Shown in pieces: positions 46,996-55,059 of a stretch of DNA of 64,000 nucleotides. The translations under genes and the position numbers were made by a program. Location: contig JAXGOJ010000005.1 in assembly GCA_040767525.1 (NCBI GenBank), positions 9,613 to 73,612 on the forward strand. Reading direction: 5' to 3'. The notes under the pieces were generated by a model that saw only the letters and a program-made list of their open reading frames with translations, did not search any database and was not told the origin of the DNA. Each line of letters opens with the position of its first letter. Position 1 is the stretch's first letter. This DNA is from Bacillota bacterium. Lineage in GTDB: Bacteria > Bacillota > Sulfobacillia > Fermentithermobacillales > Fermentithermobacillaceae.

Positions 46996-48663
46996 CTATT
47001 TCCGCCTCAGCACTTTTCCTGAAAACACAGGTGTATGTTTGCCTTTTTCAAATGCCACCTGGCCGTTTACCATCACATATTCAATACCCGCGGGTGCATT
47101 ATAAGGTTCCTTTCCGGTGGCTGTGTCTATGACGGTTTCAGGATCAAACACTACCAAATCAGCCCAGTAGCCAATATCGATTAAGCCTCTTTCAGGCAGC
47201 CCCATGGTTCTTGCAGGGAACCCTGTACATTTCCTGACTGCTTCTTCCAGGGAAAAGAGATTGTCCTGTTTTACAAACCGTCCTATAACCCTGGGGAAAG
47301 TGCCGAAATGCCTGGGATGAATGGGCGTTTCGATTATAGGTCTGTCCAGGGCAAAAGCATCAGTTCCTGGAGAGGCAAAGGGAGTCTTTATAACAGTATG
47401 AATATCATCTATGCTGATTGGTGAGGCAGCGTGGGCCGAGAATCCATCTTCCAAAAGAAGGCGGATCACAAAATCGGCAAGGGCAAGCCCTTTTTCCTCG
47501 GCGTACTCACCAAGTATTCTGCCTTCAAGGTCAGGCACAGACGGTGATGTGATTATCATGTAGTTCTTTATCCGTTCCAGAAGCGTGCCAAGTTCATTGT
47601 AAGACTTTATCTTTTCAGCTATATCCGGGTCATTGAGCTTTTCCCGGATTTCTTCGTTGGACGGGAATACAGGTTTGGCTTTGCGGGTTGCATTAGGCGT
47701 TTTTGTTTTGACAAGAACGGCTTGAGCCTGGGCTTCAAGGTGGTCCCAGAGTTCCTGGGGCAGATACCTGGGAAATGCGCTTACCTGGGTAAACTCGTAG
47801 GGATACAGGTCTACGGTAATACGAAGGCCTTTTTGCCTTGCATTATCTATCATATCAAGGCTCTTGTGTACCTTGCCGAAGTTCTTTTTACCCACAGCCT
47901 TATGATGGGATATTTCCGTCCTCACTCCTGTTTCTTCTGCTATCTTGATTACTTCCTCGACTGCTGCAAAAAGCTCTTCACTTTCGTTTTTCATGTGGCT
48001 GGCATATATGGCGTCATACTGAGCCAGTACTTTAGCGAGTTCTATGATTTCTTCAGTAGGAGCAAAACCGCCTGGCTTGTAACTTCTTCCTGTGGACATT
48101 CCCCACGCGCCATCTTCAAGGGCTTGCTCCAAAATAACCTTCATTGCTCGAATTTCCCCGGGAGTAGCCTTTCTGTTCTCGGTTCCGACCACATGGGCCC
48201 GGATAAGACTCTGGCCAACTTGAGGAACCAGATTGACTCCTGTTCCTGTAGCCTCAACTGTGTCGAGATACTCGCCGAAAGAATTCCAATTCCAGGGCAT
48301 ACTGTGGAAAGATTCAGAGTCAATGAGGCCTTTTACTAACCGTTCGATCACATCACGCTTTGTTTCATCTTTACACGGGGCCATGGACCAGCCACAGCTT
48401 CCTATTACCTCAGTGGTAATTCCCTGAGAGATAGAACTTGTGGCCTTCCTGTGAGCAAGTATGGAAAGGTCTGAGTGGGAATGCATGTCGATGAATCCGG
48501 GGCATACCGCCAAATTGGATATGTCTATTACTCGTTTGGCTTCAGCCTGGCTCAAGTTTCCCATGGAAACCACTTTCCCTTTTGATATGCCCAGGTCTGC
48601 TTTGAATCTTGGTTTGCCGGTACCGTCAATTATTGTGCCGTTTCTTAGTACCAGGTCCAGCAT
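46996..48663 (-). CDS. N-acyl-D-amino-acid deacylase family amidohydrolase (second, diverged paralog)
   Basis: IIDGTG...CPGFIDMHSHSD...QGITTEV.GSCG...ISHHKA...DLYPY. Confidence 0.85.
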   Translation of the reverse strand: MLDLVLRNGTIIDGTGKPRFKADLGISKGKVVSMGNLSQAEAKRVIDISNLAVCPGFIDMHSHSDLSILAHRKATSSISQGITTEVIGSCGWSMAPCKDETKRDVIERLVKGLIDSESFHSMPWNWNSFGEYLDTVEATGTGVNLVPQVGQSLIRAHVVGTENRKATPGEIRAMKVILEQALEDGAWGMSTGRSYKPGGFAPTEEIIELAKVLAQYDAIYASHMKNESEELFAAVEEVIKIAEETGVRTEISHHKAVGKKNFGKVHKSLDMIDNARQKGLRITVDLYPYEFTQVSAFPRYLPQELWDHLEAQAQAVLVKTKTPNATRKAKPVFPSNEEIREKLNDPDIAEKIKSYNELGTLLERIKNYMIITSPSVPDLEGRILGEYAEEKGLALADFVIRLLLEDGFSAHAASPISIDDIHTVIKTPFASPGTDAFALDRPIIETPIHPRHFGTFPRVIGRFVKQDNLFSLEEAVRKCTGFPARTMGLPERGLIDIGYWADLVVFDPETVIDTATGKEPYNAPAGIEYVMVNGQVAFEKGKHTPVFSGKVLRRK

Positions 48664-48937
48664 AGCCTTACCTCCTCACGTGTTTTGTCACCGGTGACGA
48701 ACATTTGAATCAATAGACACTTCTAGTTTTACGTGGGCGAATCCTTGTGCAAAACACTCAGTTCTGCCCGCATTGCCCAAATGCCCCTTGAAATATAGTT
48801 GTTTCGTGGCTAGAATTAAAACCAAAAGGCCAGATCTCAAGTTATTAACTCTGCTACCACTGGTACCTGCCAACACAACATTGACCTATTCACTTTGCAG
48901 GTAATGTAGCATTAATCCCGAAAGGACGGACGCCCTT

Positions 48938-50422
48938 ATGAAGGATGATGAGAAAACCGTGGTGAGCCAGGTTGAATTCAAGGAACATGGCGAAAAAGAT
49001 GAACCGGAAGAATTTGAGGCACCTTTGGTTCGAACAAAGAATTCTGAATCAAAAGCGATTTTGGCTCCTGAGGACATGGAATCCCGCGCCAAGGTACGCC
49101 GTGCTATTTTGGCCCTTGCATGGCCTGTAATCATAGAGCAGACTCTTTCAATGCTTACTCACATGGTTGATGCTGCTATGGTGGGCAGGTTGGGCGCTGA
49201 AGTGATGGCAGGTATCTCTCTGAGTTTTCAGCCTATGAATCTGGCAATGGGCGTTTTCGCCGGCATTGCTATGGGGAACACGGTCCTGGTAGCCCGGTCA
49301 ATTGGGGCTGGTGACAGAGACACTGCTTCGAGAGCGGCATTTCAGTCTATGCTGGTGGGAATTGTGTTAGCAGTGATCATGGTCATCCCGGGGTGGATCT
49401 ATGCCCCTAACATCATTTCTGTAATGGGAGCCCAGACCGAGGCTTTGTCACGAGGGATAAACTATCTGAGATGGATCATGCCGGGTGCTCCGTTTATGCT
49501 GCCATCGTTTATTCTGGGCGGTTCTTTAAGAGGTGCAGGTGACACTCGTACCCCCATGATAGTGAACGCGGGCGCCAACATGCTGAACGTATTTCTGAAC
49601 TGGTTGCTCATATGGGGGAATCTTGGTGCTCCGAGGATGGAAGAAGCAGGCGCTGCCCTTGCAACGAGCCTGTCTCGATTTGTCGCCTTCATTGCCCTGG
49701 TATACATTGCGAACAGGCCCAAGAGCATCATACATTTCAAATGGTACGGATTCAAAGAGACCTTGAAATTGGATTTTCCCTTGATCAAACGTATCTTCTC
49801 AATTGGGCTTCCCGGGGCTCTTGAAAGAATAGTAATGTCTACTGCATCTATGATTTATGCTCGGACAGTGGCATCCCTGGGTATGATTCCATATGCGGCC
49901 CACCAGGCAAGCTTGAATGCTGAATCCATGTCATATATGCCGGCCTTTGGCTTTTCCACAGCGGCTTCTACCATGGTTGGGCAGAATCTAGGTGCAGATC
50001 AACCCAGGGCAGCGAAGATATCTGCTATTGAGTGCTGGAAGATGGCGGGTATTGTTATGGCAACAATGGGCGCCCTGTTCTTCCTTTTCCCTGTTGGGTT
50101 CATGAAAATATTCACTGATGATACCAGGGTGTTTCCATATGCTTACCTGACTATGAGAATAATGGCATTTATGCAAATCCCTGAATCAATAGGATTTGTA
50201 ATGGGCGGAGCCTTGCGAGGCGCCGGCGATACCCGGGCAGTCTTGGGCATAACTCTTGCCGGAGCCTGGGGTTTGAGAGTAGGCTTAGCCCTCCTCTTTA
50301 TCCGGAGGTTTGGAATGGGCCTTGAAGGAGCCTGGATAGCCATGGCGGTAGATTGGACTGTAAGAGCAACCCTCATGTCTTTGCGTTGGCGAAGTGACAG
50401 ATGGCAGAAGATTAGAGTCTAG
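48938..50422 (+). CDS. MATE family efflux transporter
   Basis: ILALAWPVIIEQ..., 12 predicted helices and a duplicated RG.GDT motif (LRGAGDTRTP, LRGAGDTRAV). Confidence 0.85.
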   Translation: MKDDEKTVVSQVEFKEHGEKDEPEEFEAPLVRTKNSESKAILAPEDMESRAKVRRAILALAWPVIIEQTLSMLTHMVDAAMVGRLGAEVMAGISLSFQPMNLAMGVFAGIAMGNTVLVARSIGAGDRDTASRAAFQSMLVGIVLAVIMVIPGWIYAPNIISVMGAQTEALSRGINYLRWIMPGAPFMLPSFILGGSLRGAGDTRTPMIVNAGANMLNVFLNWLLIWGNLGAPRMEEAGAALATSLSRFVAFIALVYIANRPKSIIHFKWYGFKETLKLDFPLIKRIFSIGLPGALERIVMSTASMIYARTVASLGMIPYAAHQASLNAESMSYMPAFGFSTAASTMVGQNLGADQPRAAKISAIECWKMAGIVMATMGALFFLFPVGFMKIFTDDTRVFPYAYLTMRIMAFMQIPESIGFVMGGALRGAGDTRAVLGITLAGAWGLRVGLALLFIRRFGMGLEGAWIAMAVDWTVRATLMSLRWRSDRWQKIRV

Positions 50423-50617
50423 CCTGAATCGAACAAAGAAAGCCCCCATGGCATACCCATATATTAGCCTTTCAATTGCCTGTGCCGGTTGTGTGGTACC
50501 TGGACACAGCGATGCATGTTTTCAACTGTAGGGGTACGGCCTTTAGTACCGGAACCTAAACAAGTCCAGCTACATACACCGGCGGCACAGCAATTCAAGA
50601 GGACAAAGGGTATAGGG

Positions 50618-51649
50618 GTGAGTTTTGTGGCGACAATTTTCTACCCTCCGACTATACCGTGGCATCGACTAAGGCAGCGCCCCCACCAGATGCTGCGTTA
50701 TTTGGCTAGATTGGGGCACAGGTGTATTTATCACGATCCTGCTACTTCGGGACGTACATCACCATTGCAGGAAGTTGAGCCCGGAGTCTTTGTGTTAAGC
50801 CGTGATGCCCTTCCTGTATCGGCACTGCCCGAGAGCCCGGTTATTCTGTGGATTACGTTACCTGAACATCATCGTCTGACAGGCACCGTCTATGGAGAAG
50901 ACTTCCTGGTTTTCGACTTATGCGATGAGCCCGAAGAAGAGTTTGCGTACTGGAAATCGGGTTTAGAGGGGGCGTTTTCCAAGGCTGCCCTAGTATTTAC
51001 GGCCAGTTACCTTCTTTATGAAAAGTACAAGAACATGCATCCATATGTATACTATGTACCAAACGGCGCTGACTACGAGGGGTTTCAGAATTCAGGCCCC
51101 AGGCCTGGAGATTTTCCGCAAAGGCCTGGCCCGGTAGCCGGTTTTCATGGTGCCCTTGCATCATGGATTGATTGGAATCTGGTGTATCATGTGGCCAAAA
51201 GGCTTCCTCGCTGGAACTTTGTGTTTGTAGGGCCGTTGTTGAACATTTCCGGTGATAGGTTGCCTTACGGGAAAAACATTTTTTACATCAAGGAAAAACC
51301 CTTTGAGGAACTGGCGCGTTACACAAATCACTTCGATGTGGGAATAATCCCGTTTCAAGTCAGGGAAATGACAATGTATTCAAGCCCGGTCAAACTATAT
51401 GAATACCTTTCTTGCGGCAAGCCGGTTGTATCGTCTCCAATACACGAAGTGGCCATGTGTCCTGTGGCCAAAGTGGCACGTAATGCCGGGGAGTTTGCTG
51501 ATATGCTGGAAAGGACACTGGACGAAGCTTCAGCAGGCTTATGCTTATCAAAACGTTGCAGGTCCTGGGCCAAGAGGAATTCATGGGAGAAGCGGGCTTT
51601 ATGGGTTGACAAAATAATCATGGATACTCTGGCAAGGGGACTGGGATGA
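50618..51649 (+). CDS. Glycosyltransferase (GT-B fold, TuaH-like)
   Basis: N-terminal IFYPPTIPWHRLRQRPHQMLRYLA is typical of TuaH-like enzymes. C-terminal E(x7)E-like region LYEYLSCGKPVVSS. The GTG start at 50618 is inferred. Confidence 0.6.
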   Translation: MSFVATIFYPPTIPWHRLRQRPHQMLRYLARLGHRCIYHDPATSGRTSPLQEVEPGVFVLSRDALPVSALPESPVILWITLPEHHRLTGTVYGEDFLVFDLCDEPEEEFAYWKSGLEGAFSKAALVFTASYLLYEKYKNMHPYVYYVPNGADYEGFQNSGPRPGDFPQRPGPVAGFHGALASWIDWNLVYHVAKRLPRWNFVFVGPLLNISGDRLPYGKNIFYIKEKPFEELARYTNHFDVGIIPFQVREMTMYSSPVKLYEYLSCGKPVVSSPIHEVAMCPVAKVARNAGEFADMLERTLDEASAGLCLSKRCRSWAKRNSWEKRALWVDKIIMDTLARGLG

Positions 51650-51738
51650 AGGTGGATGAAGGCAGCTCAGATAGAGGATAAACTTCCCTTATGGTAGTAT
51701 TTTGTAGTGTGCCCTTTATGGGTTAAAGTCAATGGTTC

Positions 51739-51765
51739 TGAGACCTAACCAACTACTCCGGCGTA
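51739..51765 (+). promoter_or_regulatory. ECF-type promoter candidate upstream of the ECF sigma gene
   Basis: TGAGAC, 17 nt, then CGTA, which resembles the Bacillus SigW-type TGAAAC-N16-CGTA. Confidence 0.4.
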
Positions 51766-51807
51766 TTTCTTTAGTAAAAAGCCGGTTATGCCCGGGAGGC
51801 TTTCTTT

Positions 51808-52371
51808 CTGAAACAAGACACAGATATTATTAAGAAAGTCCAAAACGGTGATAATGATGCTTTTGGCGATCTTGTTGAGAAGTATCACCGTAACGTATAT
51901 AACCTGGCTTACCGCTTAACCGGAGATCGGGAAGATGCGATGGATATTACCCAGGAGGCTTTCTTAAGGGTTTTCCGGAGTATCTCCTCTTTTCAAACAG
52001 GGAAGCCCTTTTTGCCCTGGGTTTACAGGATTACATGGAATTTGTGTGCAGACAGGGGGCGAAAAATCGGAAGAAGTTTGCCTGAAGAGTCCCTTGATGG
52101 TAATGAGATCACAAGAGCCCGGGTTTCAAGCCAGAGGCCGGCCCCTGACCAGATATATGAAACCAAAGAACTTGGCGAAACACTGAGCAAATCTATAGGC
52201 CGGCTCAGGGAAGGGTACAGAGAATTGATTGTGTTGTTTCATATAGACGGGCTTTCAATAAAAGAAATATCCAAAATAACCGGGATGAAAGAGACCGTAA
52301 TCAAGAACAGGCTGTACCGGGGCCGCCAGGCATTGAAGCAGATACTCATTGAAGATGGTTTCAGCTGGTGA
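51808..52371 (+). CDS. ECF (sigma-70 family group 4) RNA polymerase sigma factor; the start codon is uncertain
   Basis: Region 2 (DAMDITQEAFLRVF, PWVYRIT.N) and region 4 (LREGYRELIVLFHIDGLSIKEISKITG). Region 2.1 (DIIKKVQNGDNDAFGDLVEKY) lies upstream of the first ATG (51940). GGGAGG lies 9 nt before CTG 51808. Confidence 0.8.
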   Translation: MKQDTDIIKKVQNGDNDAFGDLVEKYHRNVYNLAYRLTGDREDAMDITQEAFLRVFRSISSFQTGKPFLPWVYRITWNLCADRGRKIGRSLPEESLDGNEITRARVSSQRPAPDQIYETKELGETLSKSIGRLREGYRELIVLFHIDGLSIKEISKITGMKETVIKNRLYRGRQALKQILIEDGFSW

Positions 52372-52497
52372 TTACCGTGGAAACATTTAGGAGGGAGCCA
52401 GGAGAAAACCGGAAGTGCAATTCTCTTGGGCTTTTTTCGGAATTTTATGGGGTAATGGGGGTAGCAGGGGCAAAGTTGGGCACACGGAGGTGATTTT

Positions 52498-53110
52498 GTG
52501 TATTCTGGCAAGTGTCCCAGCGACGTTGAACTGGAAGATTATTTTTATGGTCAACTGCCGTTGTTTAAAGAAAAACGTGTAAAGAGTCACTTAAGGAAAT
52601 GCTCAGAGTGCCGGCAAGCTCTTTGAGGATATCCAACGCTTTCAACAAGTCCTGAATAATATACCTTTGGAAGAGCCTCCCCCTGAATTGTGCAGTCGAA
52701 TAGTTGAAGGGATCATGACGACAGAAGCTTACAGAGTAGGGCAGAAGAATCTACGTACCAGGACACCGAGGATGCTTCCCGTGGTAGTCGGGTATTTGGC
52801 AGAAAGCTGCTTTTTCCTTGGGAATCCGCTTGGCGGCAACTGTTATTCTGGTTCTTCTAAGCACTGTATTTCAGTGGCGGGTTGGAACCGGTTCAGGCGT
52901 TGTTAACCAGAGCAGTTACATCCTGAGTTGGGGGGATCTAAGGCAGTTTTTTGATTTGATCCAGTCCGGGGTATTGCTGAATGCTTTCAGGCAAGTTTTT
53001 TCAGCGTTTAGAATTGATGGTTTTTCTGCTCTGGCGATCTTGGGTAGCGCATTACCACTTCAGGTTTTGAGCGTAATTGTGTTTAGTGGAATAGACTGGG
53101 GTGGTTTCCA
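52498..53110 (+). pseudogene. Anti-sigma factor (zf-HC2 N-terminus plus TM region), at least 2 frameshifts (~52620 and ~52810-52900)
   Basis: GTG 52498 after GGAGGTGA encodes ...HLRKCSECRQAL. It continues in other frames as EDIQRFQQVLNNIPLEEPPPELCSRIVEGI and then hydrophobic segments. The end is unresolved. Confidence 0.6.
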
Positions 53111-53149
53111 TAACTCATGTGTGGTTTTCACGAAGTGGGGGAAAAAGAG

Positions 53150-53803
53150 CATGAAGAAACTTTACAGATCGCGAAGGCACAGGGTCATTGGCGGGGTGGC
53201 CAGTGGGCTGGTAAGTATCTTGATGTTGATATTACGATAACAAGATTGGCAATTGCGCTCATGGCGTTGATTGCTCCTAATGTGGTTTTGGCGTATATTT
53301 TGGCATGGATTATCATACCCGAGGCCCCCTTATCACAGACTGAACCTCAGGTGACTGTGTCTCAGCCCCGGGCTGATGCCACAGGAGCCGGACCTTCTAT
53401 TGCAGGCCCAGGAGACGGAGCGAGGCAGCAGGCTGTGAGAGATCTTCCTCCTACAGCTGATGAGATTATCCTGAATATGGAAGGCAGGGAACACCCAGGC
53501 CAAACAAGCAGTACAGATGAAGGTGTCCAACAGACAGTCAATACGTCTCCCGGAACTGTGCCCACACCGCCTGTAGAGTCTGACCCGCCTGGGCCCGGAA
53601 AAGAATCGTACGGGACAGAGCGCGATAATAACAGGCAGTTTTTCGGTTATGTCCTGATTGCCATTGGGATTTTGGTCCTACTCAAGAAGCATGTACCTTC
53701 ATTTTGGTTGAACATGCCTATCCGGTTCATAAGGACATGGTGGCCTGCTGTCATCATCCTTGCAGGCTTAGGCCTCATCTTTAGCGCGTTGAGGAGGGAC
53801 TAG
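53150..53803 (+). pseudogene. PspC domain membrane protein, one frameshift near 53205
   Basis: MKKLYRSRRHRVIGGVASGL joins GKYLDVDITITRLAIALMAL... if one G is added to CTGGT. It has a long linker and a C-terminal TM pair. Confidence 0.75.
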
Positions 53804-53809
53804 TTAATA

Positions 53810-54766
53810 ATGATCAACCGTCTGGTTAACGGAATACTTATTGTACTTGTAGGCGCTATTTTGCTCATGAACACCACAGGTGCTTTGCCCTGGTCAGTAT
53901 GGGATGCAGCAATTGGTTATTGGCCAATTCTAATTATCGGCCTGGGAATTCAAGTTGTTCTTTCCAAGTGGCAGGTACCCGGATTGTCACTGGCGCTAAT
54001 AGTAGTTCTTGTAATTTCGGCCTTGTACCCTTATTACGGGGCTAGTCCTTTTTCGCCTAATCCCAGAATGAGGATGTTCTTTCGAAACGTGCCGGTTTCC
54101 AGGCCTTTGCAGCATACCAGGGAACTTGAAGTGCCCCTGCACCGGGCGGTATCAAGACTGGGGATCGAGATGGTAGCGCCTTCCCTCGACATTGAAGCCA
54201 AAGGCGATCCTGCCCTGAGCATGCCGGCTTCTGAATATGCGGTTCTGGGAGAACTTTCATGGGATAAGCATGAACCGGTAGTTGAGGTTTCACCTGAGCA
54301 AAGCAGCGCAAACCTTCAGATTACAGTGAAATCCCCGGTTAAAGAAGGGAAAGATGCAGGCAGGCAGATGTGGGACCTGCGGTTTAACCCATCCCTTGTT
54401 ACAGCAATGCAGATAACCGGAGGGGTTGCCAATATCAATGTTGATCTGAATTCTTTTTTTGTCGAAAACTTTGTTGTAGCAGCTGGGGTGGCCGACGTAG
54501 AACTCAAATGTGGATTAAGCGGCAAAGAAACAACTGTCACGATTTCAGGGGGTGTAACCAACGTAGATCTGGAAGTGCCTGAAACTGCCGGGCTGAGGAT
54601 TTCGGTTTCCGGCCCGCCTTTAATTACGCGGGTGAATGCTAAGAACCTGGGCCTTATTAAACAAGGCGATTCATGGGTTTCCAAAGACTATTCAGATGCA
54701 TCTACCAGGATTGATGTTAAGGTTTCATGCGGAGCCGGAAAGGTAAGCCTAAAAAGGGCGCCATAG
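53810..54766 (+). CDS. LiaF-like cell-envelope stress protein (N-terminal LiaI/LiaF-type TM region plus C-terminal toastrack-like domain)
   Basis: LVNGILIVLVGAILLMNTTG...GYWPILIIGLGIQVVL, then repetitive beta-strand segments (GGVANINVDL, AGVADVELKCG, GGVTNVDLEVP). Confidence 0.65.
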   Translation: MINRLVNGILIVLVGAILLMNTTGALPWSVWDAAIGYWPILIIGLGIQVVLSKWQVPGLSLALIVVLVISALYPYYGASPFSPNPRMRMFFRNVPVSRPLQHTRELEVPLHRAVSRLGIEMVAPSLDIEAKGDPALSMPASEYAVLGELSWDKHEPVVEVSPEQSSANLQITVKSPVKEGKDAGRQMWDLRFNPSLVTAMQITGGVANINVDLNSFFVENFVVAAGVADVELKCGLSGKETTVTISGGVTNVDLEVPETAGLRISVSGPPLITRVNAKNLGLIKQGDSWVSKDYSDASTRIDVKVSCGAGKVSLKRAP

Positions 54767-55059
54767 GTTCCCGCTCATGTACCGGCCCTTGCCTCCCCCT
54801 GGCCGTGTAAGCCTTGGAAAGGCCTTACAACCGTAAACAAAGAAGGGGTTGTAACCGCAGTCCTTTTTCTGTTAGCCCCAAAATAACTTACCCTGACAGT
54901 CGTTAAACTTTGAGTATGACTGTTTTCCGGAACGCCGGCTGATCCCCGGAGCACTGAGTATTTCTTCGCCTAATTGGTTATATTACGTTAAGAGCTTTTG
55001 GGATATGTTCCCAAACATACAGGGAAAGCCATTTGACCGAAGGTGGTAGTTGAGAACTC

